Numbered from the stretch's first letter, positions 20,404 to 30,262 are shown. The stretch: 54,346 nucleotides of DNA from an uncultured virus (IMG/VR IMGVR_UViG_3300028394_003206) (IMGVR_UViG_3300028394_003206), one strand, 5' to 3'. Made by a program: numbers and translations. The notes: generated from the sequence alone by a model not told the origin.

Positions 20404-20475
20404 ATAAGAAACAGCAACGATTTAGATACTGTTTAAAAAGTGAGGAGAAACGATTTAGATACTTCTCACTTTTTT
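20404..20475 (+). ncRNA. Putative small RNA: two hairpins with near-identical 14-nt loops
   Basis: TTG-N19-TATATTTG promoter (20392-20399), no ORF, AACGATTTAGATACT at 20416-20430 and 20449-20463, ends in hairpin plus T6. Start estimated. Confidence 0.7.
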
Positions 20476-20878
20476 ATTTTTCAAAACATAGTTGATTTTT
20501 ACCAATTTTAAATTGATTATCACCACTCTCTCTAAAAACTGTTTTAATTATTATTTTCCAATATGTTTCATTAACTTTATTGCAAATTAAAGCCATTGAC
20601 AATTCACGCTCTTTACTTTTAATCACAAATTCAGTTCCATCTACAATTTCACCTAATACTATTGATTTAGATATATCATCTTTAAACCATCTTACAAATT
20701 CACTCATTTCTGCATTAGAAATATGATTTTGATTATCAGATTTCAAACCTCTTTTAGAAAAGTTACTTCTATCTTCAACATGATTTGTTTTAATAATATC
20801 AAAGCCAAAAGTTACTTCAATTTTAGAAGATATTTGAGCTATTCTTTTTTCTAATATAAATTCATTATATTTTTTCAT
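20474..20878 (-). CDS. Hypothetical protein with T4-like capsid-targeting tag; possible small RNase fold
   Basis: MKKYNEFILE (T4 IPII/IPIII tag is MKTYQEFIAE); HVEDR...IIKTVFR pattern. Confidence 0.7.
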   Translation of the reverse strand: MKKYNEFILEKRIAQISSKIEVTFGFDIIKTNHVEDRSNFSKRGLKSDNQNHISNAEMSEFVRWFKDDISKSIVLGEIVDGTEFVIKSKERELSMALICNKVNETYWKIIIKTVFRESGDNQFKIGKNQLCFEK

Positions 20879-20879
20879 A

Positions 20880-21818
20880 TTAAATTACTTTATATTTCGA
20901 TCCTTTACCAAATATTTTCTCTGTTTCTTCTGGTTCAATTTCTTTATTATTAGTTTCATAAAGAACTTGGTTAAGAACTTCTAGTATTACAGTCCATTCA
21001 CCATCTATTAATTTAATAGGTTCATAGAAATTGAATAATTCTAGGAAATTATCAGGTTTATTTTTAAATAATGCACATATTTTATAAACAGGATTCATTC
21101 CTATTTCATTATATTCAGGATCTATATCTGGAAAATCCTCTAATGTGAATATATTACAATATCTAAAATTAGCCTCATCGACATATTTAGGACAGCCTTT
21201 AAAAGTTTCAAGATTATAATTATTTTGACATAATAAACTTTTAACTTTAACTGGTGCACCTTCTAATGAAGTTAATTTATTATTACTACAGATTAAAGAT
21301 TCTGATATTATTTGAGGACAACCTTTAAGATTTGTTAAATAATTATCTTGACAATTAAAACTTTCACATTCACTTGGTGCACCTTTTAATGATGTTAATT
21401 CATTATTTTGGCAATTAAAACTTTCACATTCATTTGGTGCACCTTTTAATGATGTTAATTCATTATTTTTGCAAAAATAAAAACCACCTACTTCTTCTGG
21501 ACCCCCTTCTAATGTTTTTAAATAGTTATTTTTACATATAAAATCACCTTTTACAATTCTTGGACATCCTTCTAATGTTTCTAATTCTAAATTAGCACAA
21601 TCAAAACTACCATTTACATTATTAAATTTAATTGGTAGTTTTTTAATTTTTCTAATAAAACTTTCACTTGTAAAATTAACATCACCATCTACATCAACTG
21701 TTCCATCATTATTTATGGTATAATTTTTTATACCATATTTATAACATAACATTTTTATTTTAATCTTATTAAAAAAACTTTCATTTATGTAATCATCATA
21801 TCTATCAATATACTTCAT
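20880..21818 (-). CDS. LRR-like repeat protein B with capsid-targeting-like tag
   Basis: ATG 21818 (MKYIDRYDDYINES) behind late motif 21823-21831; LTSLKGAP 20-22-aa repeats; shared C-terminal block. Confidence 0.85.
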   Translation of the reverse strand: MKYIDRYDDYINESFFNKIKIKMLCYKYGIKNYTINNDGTVDVDGDVNFTSESFIRKIKKLPIKFNNVNGSFDCANLELETLEGCPRIVKGDFICKNNYLKTLEGGPEEVGGFYFCKNNELTSLKGAPNECESFNCQNNELTSLKGAPSECESFNCQDNYLTNLKGCPQIISESLICSNNKLTSLEGAPVKVKSLLCQNNYNLETFKGCPKYVDEANFRYCNIFTLEDFPDIDPEYNEIGMNPVYKICALFKNKPDNFLELFNFYEPIKLIDGEWTVILEVLNQVLYETNNKEIEPEETEKIFGKGSKYKVI

Positions 21819-21866
21819 TACATATATATTAAAAAAATAAAGCCTATTTTTCAATAGGCTTATAAT

Positions 21867-22235
21867 TTATTTTCCAAATGTTAAAATTGTTTTAGTTTCT
21901 TCAACTAGTGGACCCCACTTACCTAAGAAAGTAACTCCTCTTACTTTACGGTTATCAATCCATACATATTCTGATTGGTCATTCAAACATCTAGGTTTAC
22001 CCATTACTAGTCCATGATATTTAAAACCATGGTCATCTAACCATTTAATTGTAACCTCTCTATCTTTTTCTTCACGAGCAGTAAAGAATGTTATATGATT
22101 TCCCTCATCATACCATTTATTTATTTGTTCTAATGAACCAGGAATTATTTTAGCAGTTGGGTATAAATGTGAATCTTCATTGAAAATATCTTCACATATC
22201 GTGCCGTCCACATCAATGCACATGATTTTATTCAT
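21867..22235 (-). CDS. HAD-superfamily phosphatase (cap-less)
   Basis: IDVDGT (DxDGT), FFTAR, MGKP, WIDN motifs. Confidence 0.85.
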   Translation of the reverse strand: MNKIMCIDVDGTICEDIFNEDSHLYPTAKIIPGSLEQINKWYDEGNHITFFTAREEKDREVTIKWLDDHGFKYHGLVMGKPRCLNDQSEYVWIDNRKVRGVTFLGKWGPLVEETKTILTFGK

Positions 22236-22251
22236 AATTTTAATTTATTTT

Positions 22252-22680
22252 TTAATTTATTTTTTGATAAATTTCTATAACATCTCCATATTTAAATCCC
22301 TCTAAATCAAATAATTTATGTCTTATTATCTCACTTTGACCTATCTTACTTTCCCACCAAATTTCATCAATTTGTTTTGCAGCATGTTTAGGATTATTAT
22401 CTTTACCATACAAAGCTATTTTTGAATAATTTGGATTATATCTAAAATCCATATTGCATATATTATAACCATGATATGCATAAAATTCATCAAATGATTT
22501 TTTATCTTCATTCATATTACTTATTGGCCAATAATTTCTATGCCCACCTTCTTTTGGCCAAGCCCAAACTTTCATACCAATACTATGTGATATACAATTA
22601 TACAAATCACTAGTATTTTCATATAATTCAAAATCTGTTAAATTTGGGAATTGTCTTCTAAATAATTCTACTCTATTCAT
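22252..22680 (-). CDS. DUF7689-like protein (Cys-His, papain-like motifs)
   Basis: FPNL, YNCISHSIG, KIALY, HAAKQ, WESKIG, IRH, YG motifs. Confidence 0.6.
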   Translation of the reverse strand: MNRVELFRRQFPNLTDFELYENTSDLYNCISHSIGMKVWAWPKEGGHRNYWPISNMNEDKKSFDEFYAYHGYNICNMDFRYNPNYSKIALYGKDNNPKHAAKQIDEIWWESKIGQSEIIRHKLFDLEGFKYGDVIEIYQKIN

Positions 22681-23005
22681 ATTTATTTTTATTCGATTCC
22701 CACCAATTTATCCAATATTTTTGATAAGCATTGTAATCACCTTCTAAATTTGGAATATTACAATCACTTATTATATTTTCTAATATATAATAATCATAAA
22801 TACTACTATTTGTTTTAATTTTATTAATCAATAGTGGTATTATAGATTCACCCATATCTATCAATTTTGATATATTTTCATTTTGAAATATTGTATTAGT
22901 ATCTGATATTCCAAATATCTCATCATCAATTATAGTTGTGATTTCCTCAAATATATATTTTTCATTATTAATAAATTCATTATATTTTTTTATATTTTTT
23001 TTCAT
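22673..23005 (-). CDS. Small HEAT-like protein with capsid-targeting-like tag
   Basis: MKKNIKKYNEFINNE; LIDMGESIIPLL...WINWW. Confidence 0.7.
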   Translation of the reverse strand: MKKNIKKYNEFINNEKYIFEEITTIIDDEIFGISDTNTIFQNENISKLIDMGESIIPLLINKIKTNSSIYDYYILENIISDCNIPNLEGDYNAYQKYWINWWESNKNKYE

Positions 23006-23463
23006 TTTTCTATAATTGGTTTTAAATCAGCTGGTGTATAATTGATTGATTTTAAAATTTTATGATCACCATTTCTATAAACTAGAATTTTACCATCAAC
23101 TTCTTTATAATAACCTTCTGTTCCATCTTTTTGTTTATAATGTGATAACGTTTCTAAAGCTTCTTGTTGATTTTTACAAGCTTTGCTCATATTAGAATTA
23201 TGAACATTGTCAAAAATATCCTTGAATTTATCAGCCAATCCAAACTCTAAAATCGAGCCGCACAAAATGTACATAAGATCTGAAAATCCATCTGCTACTT
23301 CTACCAAGTCATTATTAGCAATGGCTTCTTTAATTTCATTTAATTCTTCTTGTAATAATTCCACTCTTAGATCACATCTATCTTTGGAAGGAATTTGTGG
23401 TTTATCCAAAACCGGTGCACCAAATGTATGGTGAAATTCTTTAACGGAGTTTAAATAATTCAT
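23002..23463 (-). CDS. MazG-like nucleoside triphosphate pyrophosphohydrolase
   Basis: VKEFH, LLQEELNE, EVADGFSDLMY, VHNSNMSK, KILK motifs. Confidence 0.9.
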   Translation of the reverse strand: MNYLNSVKEFHHTFGAPVLDKPQIPSKDRCDLRVELLQEELNEIKEAIANNDLVEVADGFSDLMYILCGSILEFGLADKFKDIFDNVHNSNMSKACKNQQEALETLSHYKQKDGTEGYYKEVDGKILVYRNGDHKILKSINYTPADLKPIIEK

Positions 23464-23615
23464 TATTTTATTATTTTTTATATTATATATATTATATTCA
23501 TATATGTTTATTTTAAGTATTTTGAGCCATCATATTAAGAACTTTATTGATATCTTTGTTTCATCATATATTTATATGAAACTTTTTTTAAAGTTTATAT
23601 TTTAATATATAAGTT

Positions 23616-24695
23616 ATGGACAAAACTAGAGAAAAGGTTGAAAAAATATATTCTAAAATAAATGCAATTGCTTTAAAAGGTGTTGAAGGTCTAGTAGAAT
23701 ATAAATCATTTATTGATCAATGTGTTAGAAATGGTGAATATACCTTTTTAGAATTATGTTTAAATACTAAATATAATATTAATTTATCCACTTATAACAC
23801 AGCTAAAAAAGTAAAAGATAATACCTTTAATAAAATTAGATTATTAACAAAGCCAAATTTCACTGATAAATTAATCCCTGTCTTAAAAAAATATGATGTT
23901 TATCAAGTTGGAAACGAAATAAGATCCAATAGTAAAAAATATATTGGCATAACATCATCAGTTGCTTTGGATAAATATTATAATGAATTTGTTGGTCAAT
24001 TGCCAATGTCGATTGAATTAACAAATAATACAATATACATAACTTTCACAGATGCTAATATTAGAACTATTGAAATATTAAATTCAGATAAAAAAACTAT
24101 ACAAAATATTAATAGAATTGAAACACCATTTAATTATACAGTGGCGACTAATAGCAATTGGAATTTACAAATAGATGATGTTAGAGAGAACTGGGAAACA
24201 AATATGAATGTTGATATCAAAAGTAGTTATAACTCTTTTGAAAGCGTTATAAACAGTGTTAAATATGATTATAATAATAAAAAAACTAATATAATATTAA
24301 ACCAAGTTAGTGCTACACAAAGTTCTGGTAGTGGTATTATTTATAATAAGGGAAATGGAACATTGAGATATAGAACTAATATATCAACAAATAATGGTGG
24401 TGATTATGTTGTTAAAGTTATAATGAAAAATAGCATAAATGTTAATTATAAAGTAAATATAAATATAGATAATTTATTGGGTTATATTTTTGAAATTGAT
24501 AAATATAAAAGTGATGAATATTATATTTTACAAAAGGAGATTGCTAAAATACTTAAAAATAAAAAAGTTTTTTTAGAAGTTAAAAAAGTTGGAGAACAAT
24601 TGCCTGTTATAATAAATATTGATAAAAGGGGGTTAACATCTACAATGAATTTAATAAATAGGTATGATTTAGCTCTTTTATATTTAACAAAATAA
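23616..24695 (+). CDS. Hypothetical late, possibly structural protein
   Basis: 359 aa; TAATATATA 23603-23611; beta-rich middle. Confidence 0.75.
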   Translation: MDKTREKVEKIYSKINAIALKGVEGLVEYKSFIDQCVRNGEYTFLELCLNTKYNINLSTYNTAKKVKDNTFNKIRLLTKPNFTDKLIPVLKKYDVYQVGNEIRSNSKKYIGITSSVALDKYYNEFVGQLPMSIELTNNTIYITFTDANIRTIEILNSDKKTIQNINRIETPFNYTVATNSNWNLQIDDVRENWETNMNVDIKSSYNSFESVINSVKYDYNNKKTNIILNQVSATQSSGSGIIYNKGNGTLRYRTNISTNNGGDYVVKVIMKNSINVNYKVNINIDNLLGYIFEIDKYKSDEYYILQKEIAKILKNKKVFLEVKKVGEQLPVIINIDKRGLTSTMNLINRYDLALLYLTK

Positions 24696-24743
24696 TTTTA
24701 TTATTAGATTTTATTTATTATATTTGTTTTAAAGTTTTTTAAT

Positions 24744-25097
24744 ATGAATAAGGAACAAATACAAAATATGATAGATAAGAAAATTTCTAAATTGATATTA
24801 GAAGATAAAAAAATATATGATATCATTGATGAAATAAAAAATAGTCAAAATAATATTAATAAAATTCTAGTAAGGGATAACTTAAATATTTCTGAATTTC
24901 AAAATTCAAAATTTGAAGAGATTACACCAATTCGAATTAGATATGCAGTTTATTATTTAAAATTTTGTGAAAAAAGAATTGATGATATTAGAACATTCAA
25001 TGCTTATCGTGTTACTAGAACTCCATATAAAGGAATGTCAAATCTTAAATTATTTAATTTAATAAAATTTCGTGATCAATTAATAGGTGAAAAATGA
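24744..25097 (+). CDS. Hypothetical protein
   Basis: Promoter at 24719. Confidence 0.7.
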   Translation: MNKEQIQNMIDKKISKLILEDKKIYDIIDEIKNSQNNINKILVRDNLNISEFQNSKFEEITPIRIRYAVYYLKFCEKRIDDIRTFNAYRVTRTPYKGMSNLKLFNLIKFRDQLIGEK

Positions 25098-25282
25098 AAA
25101 TAGAATTAACTAACGAACAATTTATGGCTATTCAGAATGAAATCATCAGATTAGAAGAAAAACTAGCTGATGAAAGAGATAAAATGAATGGTTGGGATTA
25201 CGATTATATATGTGGTAAAATATCATCATTAAAGAAAATTTGTGAAGATGAATGTATAAATCTTGATGAAATAATTTTTTAA
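25094..25282 (+). CDS. Hypothetical protein
   Basis: 62 aa, ATGA overlap with the upstream gene. Confidence 0.7.
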   Translation: MKIELTNEQFMAIQNEIIRLEEKLADERDKMNGWDYDYICGKISSLKKICEDECINLDEIIF

Positions 25283-25303
25283 TATATAATAAAAAGATTA
25301 ATT

Positions 25304-25978
25304 ATGAAATATATTCAAAAATTTGAAAATTATAAAGCTGAAAGAAAATTTTTAGTATTAGTTGGACCACCATCAGTTGGTAAATCAACTTGGGTTAAAA
25401 ATAATTTTCCAAATTCATACATTATAAATAGAGATGAAATAGTAGAAAATGTTGCAAAAGAATATGATTGGACTTACGATGACATGTTCAAAACACCATC
25501 TGATGATATGGAAATTGGCAATATTGACGAAAAATTTGGAAAAGTTATTAATTCTCCTAAATCAATGCCTTGGGCAAAAACGGTTTTTGATAAAGTATTA
25601 GAAGCAAATTCCAAAGTCTCTTCGGAAATGAGTAACAGAGTAAAAAATGCTCATTCAAGTGGAAAAGATATCATTGTTGATATGACAAATATGAATATTG
25701 ACTCTAGAAAAGGTGCATTGAAAGCTATTAAAGGAAATGAATCAGATTATTATAAAATAGCTGTTGATTTTAAATTCAAAGGATCAGAAGAATTAATAAA
25801 AAAAGTTTCCGGTATTAGAGCAGAAACTGCTAAACAAAATGGTTCTTCTAAAACAATACCTGATGCAGCATTTGATAGAATGTTCACTTCTTATCAAAAA
25901 CCATCTTTAGATGAGGGTTTTGATGAAATTATAGATGTTGATAATACAAATATACTTTCAGAAATTATTAATAAATAA
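25304..25978 (+). CDS. P-loop kinase (AAA_33 / polynucleotide-kinase-like) with capsid-targeting-like tag
   Basis: GPPSVGKSTW, INRD, IIVDMTN...R, PSLDEGFD; MKYIQKFENY; late motif at 25280. Confidence 0.85.
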   Translation: MKYIQKFENYKAERKFLVLVGPPSVGKSTWVKNNFPNSYIINRDEIVENVAKEYDWTYDDMFKTPSDDMEIGNIDEKFGKVINSPKSMPWAKTVFDKVLEANSKVSSEMSNRVKNAHSSGKDIIVDMTNMNIDSRKGALKAIKGNESDYYKIAVDFKFKGSEELIKKVSGIRAETAKQNGSSKTIPDAAFDRMFTSYQKPSLDEGFDEIIDVDNTNILSEIINK

Positions 25979-26027
25979 TTAGTATGTATGTATATATCAT
26001 GATGTTGCATGTTTTCGATGTATAAAA

Positions 26028-26056
26028 AAAATAGAAGTGAATTTTCACTTCTATTT
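26028..26056. terminator. Bidirectional terminator
   Basis: AAATAGAAGTGA/TCACTTCTATTT. Confidence 0.75.
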
Positions 26057-26899
26057 AAATAAATCAGGATTCAATGTTTCTGGTATTGCAGAAGGTGGAA
26101 TATTATTTCTTTTAAATTTCCAATGTAGATTTTCCCAATTTGAAATCTCCCTTTCTAAATTTCTTAAATCAGTTTCATATAATTTCAATTCATCAATTAA
26201 ATTATTATAATCCAAAAGCTTTTCCTCTAATTCATTTTCTAACTTTAAAAGTTTGGATTCTTTTTTATTTAATTCCTTTTCTTTATTATTCAATTCTTTT
26301 AAATCGTTATCAATTTTATTTTGTAGTTCAATATATTTATTGTCTATATCTTTAGATGATTCTAAAATAGATCTATCAAAATTTCTTTCCTTTTCATTTA
26401 ATAATTGGGTTTTAATATTAAATTCATTTTCTTTTAATTCAAGTTTATTATTTTCATCTCTTAATATACTTTCTCTCTTTTCTAATATTTTAATATCTTC
26501 TTTTAAATCTTGTTCTCTTTTTTCAACTCTTGATAAACGATTATCAATTTCGTCTTCTTTTAATTTCAACATTCTTTCTTTTCTAACTAATTCATAATCA
26601 TCACTAGTTACCTCTATAACTTCATTATATTTTAATTCAGAAACAATCATATCAACAAATGGATATAATTTTTTAGAAAGAACAGCCGGTTGTGGAATTT
26701 TATTAGCTTTCATATATAAAAGCAATTCATTTTTCCAATCAACAACTTCAAAAAAATCTGGATTATTATCAATAATATCTTTACCTATTTCAATATCACC
26801 AAATTTATAATTTTTAATATATGTGCCAACTTTAAGTATAATAATCTTTTTATCATCACCTAAAAATTGAAATTCTTTAATAACTTTATATTTTTCCAT
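26051..26899 (-). CDS. Coiled-coil protein
   Basis: 282 aa, long E/K/L heptad run; late motif 26904-26912. Confidence 0.8.
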   Translation of the reverse strand: MEKYKVIKEFQFLGDDKKIIILKVGTYIKNYKFGDIEIGKDIIDNNPDFFEVVDWKNELLLYMKANKIPQPAVLSKKLYPFVDMIVSELKYNEVIEVTSDDYELVRKERMLKLKEDEIDNRLSRVEKREQDLKEDIKILEKRESILRDENNKLELKENEFNIKTQLLNEKERNFDRSILESSKDIDNKYIELQNKIDNDLKELNNKEKELNKKESKLLKLENELEEKLLDYNNLIDELKLYETDLRNLEREISNWENLHWKFKRNNIPPSAIPETLNPDLFK

Positions 26900-26969
26900 A
26901 AAATATATATTATTTTTACAATGCTTTATTTTAAAATTATTATATTTGTATAAATAAAAAGAATATTAT

Positions 26970-27042
26970 TTTATCACAGAAGCTAAAGACTTCTGTTTTC
27001 TTTGGTGGTTAATATCCCCTTCTAATACAGAAGGGGTTTTAC
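26970..27042. mobile_element. IS200/IS605-end-like double hairpin (non-autonomous remnant)
   Basis: TATC-ACAGAAG-CTAAAGA-CTTCTGT-TTT and TAT-CCCCTTCT-AATAC-AGAAGGGG-TTTTAC; no coding sequence. Confidence 0.5.
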
Positions 27043-27043
27043 A

Positions 27044-27091
27044 ATGACTTTAGAACCACTTGAAATTCAATTAATGAAGACAATTATTTAA
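27044..27091 (+). pseudogene. Truncated paralog of 27400-27729
   Basis: MTLEPLEIQL versus MTLDPHEIQL, then early stop. Confidence 0.6.
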
Positions 27092-27167
27092 AATATTAAC
27101 AATAATAAATTGGTGGATAATGAAAGTTATCCCTTTTTTTATTATATTTGTTGAAACGATATGATAT

Positions 27168-27344
27168 ATGAAATTCCAAGCTCTTAAAGTAAAAACTCCT
27201 GAAGAAATATTAATATCTGATATTGAATATTTAAAAGATGTATTTGAACGAATGATTTCGCTTGAGTCTAAAAATGATATTTACCGAGAAATCGTTGAAA
27301 AACAAGATGAACTTATTAAACTTTTGTTAGATAAAAAAATATAA
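27168..27344 (+). CDS. Small hypothetical protein (58 aa)
   Basis: MKFQALKVKTPEEILISDIEY...; promoter at 27143. Confidence 0.65.
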   Translation: MKFQALKVKTPEEILISDIEYLKDVFERMISLESKNDIYREIVEKQDELIKLLLDKKI

Positions 27345-27399
27345 TTATGGAAGGATTTGAGATTTTAAGAGCGGACTCAAATGAAGTAATAAAATAATA

Positions 27400-27729
27400 A
27401 TGACTTTAGATCCACATGAAATTCAATTAATAATGAAACTTGATTCTTTAATGAATGAAGATTTAGATGTAAAACTTGGTAAAAATTCAAGTGAATTAGC
27501 TAAAAGAATGGCATTTTTGTTGATTAATTTATCAATTATTGATGAAAATAATATTGATACATATATAAAATTTGAATATAAAAATATAATAATCAGAAAG
27601 ATTTATTCAAAAACTGATAATTTCTTTCATAAAGAACAAGTTTATAAATCAATTAGAGAAAATGAAAATTTTGAAAAAACATTTAAAAAATTTGAAAGAA
27701 ATTGGAAATTGAAAAAAATATTAAAATAA
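27400..27729 (+). CDS. Hypothetical protein with C-terminal tag (RNWKLKKILK)
   Basis: 109 aa ORF. Confidence 0.75.
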   Translation: MTLDPHEIQLIMKLDSLMNEDLDVKLGKNSSELAKRMAFLLINLSIIDENNIDTYIKFEYKNIIIRKIYSKTDNFFHKEQVYKSIRENENFEKTFKKFERNWKLKKILK

Positions 27730-28467
27730 TTATCTTTTCAATTTTTTAGATATATTGTTTAAATTCAAATAAGAAAAATATACAGATAAAGAAGCAACCA
27801 TTATTATTAAAAATGTGTCAGATATATCACTTTCTGTGAATAAAGCAAAATCAAATAAACCATGTGTTAAAATTGCTAATATTAAACCAGTTATATAATA
27901 AAATATATTTTTAATAATAGAATGTTTAGAAACTATGAAATCGTAATAGCTTCTATTATATTTTTTATTAGGTAGTTTAGATAGTGCAATCCAATATCCC
28001 ATTAAACAACCAGCTAAAAAATGTAAATACATTGAGAATATACTTCTAACAACTATAACATTCATACCATAATCACTGATATATCTTATATTCTCAACAT
28101 AAGCAAATCCTAATGCTGAAACACCACAATAAAACATAGTAGAAACTGGATTTACTTCAGGTAATAATTTATCTCCAATTTTAAAAGCTAAAAATTTAAC
28201 AAACTCTTCCATCATTGCCACTTGTATAAATGCCATTATTATTAATGAGTCATATTCATCACCAAATAATCTCCAAGAAGGGAAAATAGGTTGTTGCCAA
28301 GAAGGGAAAAATCTAAAAAATATTAATAACATTAAAACACTGGACATACCTATGAAAAAATACCCAAACATTTTTTTAAATGAAACTGTTCTCCATGGTA
28401 ATGTTACACTTATAAATAATTTATAAATCAAAACGGGTATAAATGCTAATAACATGCTCAATATCAT
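27730..28467 (-). CDS. prsW: PrsW-family intramembrane glutamic protease
   Basis: Multi-TM; EEFVK, LGFAYVEN, LHF and HGLFDF motifs. Confidence 0.9.
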   Translation of the reverse strand: MILSMLLAFIPVLIYKLFISVTLPWRTVSFKKMFGYFFIGMSSVLMLLIFFRFFPSWQQPIFPSWRLFGDEYDSLIIMAFIQVAMMEEFVKFLAFKIGDKLLPEVNPVSTMFYCGVSALGFAYVENIRYISDYGMNVIVVRSIFSMYLHFLAGCLMGYWIALSKLPNKKYNRSYYDFIVSKHSIIKNIFYYITGLILAILTHGLFDFALFTESDISDTFLIIMVASLSVYFSYLNLNNISKKLKR

Positions 28468-28581
28468 GTATTTATATATAAAACCGATGTTTTATTTTTT
28501 TATAGCAATCATTGTTTTTAAACTAAAAACAAACAATAAATGATAATTAATATATAAAATACATAAAAATAAAATTATGCT

Positions 28582-28824
28582 TTGGAAAAAGTTATATGTA
28601 TTCGTTCATATTTTGCTGTTGGTAATGATGAAATAAATTTTATAAAAAATGAAAAATATTATTATTTACCTGGGACTAAATATGAAATGAGAAATGGGTG
28701 TTATGGACATGTCAAGAGCCAAGATTCTAAAATAGTTGAAAGTTTTTCATATGAAGGTTTTGCAAAACATTTTATGAAAATGAAAGATTTTAGAGAAAAT
28801 AGAATTAATGAAATTTTAAAATAA
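28582..28824 (+). CDS. Small protein with C-terminal tag (RENRINEILK)
   Basis: 80 aa, TTG start; AAAC-N17-ATATAA at 28531-28557. Confidence 0.7.
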   Translation: MEKVICIRSYFAVGNDEINFIKNEKYYYLPGTKYEMRNGCYGHVKSQDSKIVESFSYEGFAKHFMKMKDFRENRINEILK

Positions 28825-28828
28825 TGTT

Positions 28829-29530
28829 ATGTATTATTTATTAGATGATGAAATATTAAATTGGAATTATAAATTTAAATCCAATAAAGATTATTGGATA
28901 AGTTCCCTTTATGACCATTCACCTACCAAACCTTCTATAATGTTTAAAAGGAATGGGGAAGAAATATATGAGCCAATTGATGAATATACTTTATCATTAT
29001 CAGTTGCTGAAAAAAGAAAAAATGAATTCTTTAAAATAATAGAAACTATATTAAATACATTCAGATATAACTTCAATAAGGTTTGTAATAAATCTTATAA
29101 CGATTTGATTAGTGATGTTAAATATGATATTGAAGAAAGGGAATATAAAATAGGTGAACAAGTTTATATTAGTTTAAAATTTAATTTTAAATGTGGAGTA
29201 GGTTCTATAATAGCTTGTGTAAAAGCAATAGAAGAAACAGTAGAATATTTTAATTTATTATATGCATATGATGAAAATGGTAAAGAATACAATCTAATGA
29301 AATTTGGAATTGGTTCAGTTGTTTCTTTAAAAACTGAACCTAAAAATGATTATGTTGTTCTTAACTATTCATATGAAAAAAGTAATAAAAAACATATTAT
29401 AAAATATGTTGTATCTAAAATTATTAAAAAAGAAAATGGTATTGTGTATGACACATTATCATATTACAATGAAAATGATTTAATCTGGAACAGAAATGAT
29501 AGACTAGATTACTTATTAAATTTAAATTAA
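28829..29530 (+). CDS. Hypothetical protein with C-terminal tag (RNDRLDYLL)
   Basis: 233 aa. Confidence 0.8.
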   Translation: MYYLLDDEILNWNYKFKSNKDYWISSLYDHSPTKPSIMFKRNGEEIYEPIDEYTLSLSVAEKRKNEFFKIIETILNTFRYNFNKVCNKSYNDLISDVKYDIEEREYKIGEQVYISLKFNFKCGVGSIIACVKAIEETVEYFNLLYAYDENGKEYNLMKFGIGSVVSLKTEPKNDYVVLNYSYEKSNKKHIIKYVVSKIIKKENGIVYDTLSYYNENDLIWNRNDRLDYLLNLN

Positions 29531-29547
29531 ATTTGTATATTTATATA

Positions 29548-29718
29548 ATGAAAAGAAATATAGAAGATATTGAACATATGTCATTTGAGGAAATTGATAA
29601 TAGATTAAGAGAATATGATGAGATATCAATGAATAATCTATTAACTACAAATGAATATATTGAATACAATGAGTTGTTTAAAAGATATAAACAGTTTAAA
29701 GATGGAACAATTATGTAA
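29548..29718 (+). CDS. Small hypothetical protein
   Basis: ATG 29548, MKRNIEDIE. Confidence 0.6.
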   Translation: MKRNIEDIEHMSFEEIDNRLREYDEISMNNLLTTNEYIEYNELFKRYKQFKDGTIM

Positions 29719-30262
29719 TGATTTTACTAAATTACTTAATGATTTAACAAATTATTTGAGAATGAATAGAGGAAAAATTGGTTTCACAGAACCAATTTTT
29801 TCACATTTTGAAAAAATACAAAGACAATATGCTTTATCAGATCTAAATAAACCTGTTTATAATGATAAAGTAGTTAAAATTGATTATAGTTTAGTTTCAT
29901 ATAATTTCCAAATTGAAATGGATGAAGAAGATTTAGGAAATAATTTTAAAATAAAAAAACAATTGAATTATAAATTAAATATTTATTTTTCAGGTGTGGA
30001 TAATAATATTTTAAATAGAATGAAATTATTACTTGATAAATTATCAAAATCTAAAATTAAAAAAATTAAAAAAATGATTTTTGATTTTAATAATTCAAAT
30101 AACAGTGAATTTTATCGATATAAAAAATTATATAAAAGATTAGTTAAAATATTAGGTTTTTTCTATTCAGATTGGAATATTGAACATAAACATCCTGATA
30201 TTAATAAAATACCAACTAAAAAAGAATTAAGAAATCAAAGAATAAATTATTTATTGAAATGA
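29702..30262 (+). CDS. Hypothetical protein with C-terminal tag (RNQRINYLLK); paralog of next gene
   Basis: ATG 29702 preferred; shares LTNYL and KIKKMIFDF...YKRLVKILGFFYS-like blocks with 30259. Confidence 0.8.
   Translation: MEQLCNDFTKLLNDLTNYLRMNRGKIGFTEPIFSHFEKIQRQYALSDLNKPVYNDKVVKIDYSLVSYNFQIEMDEEDLGNNFKIKKQLNYKLNIYFSGVDNNILNRMKLLLDKLSKSKIKKIKKMIFDFNNSNNSEFYRYKKLYKRLVKILGFFYSDWNIEHKHPDINKIPTKKELRNQRINYLLK

Noticed and set aside
20404..20475. Mini CRISPR array
   Set aside because: Only two 15-bp repeats with an 18-bp spacer that forms the stems; no cas genes nearby.
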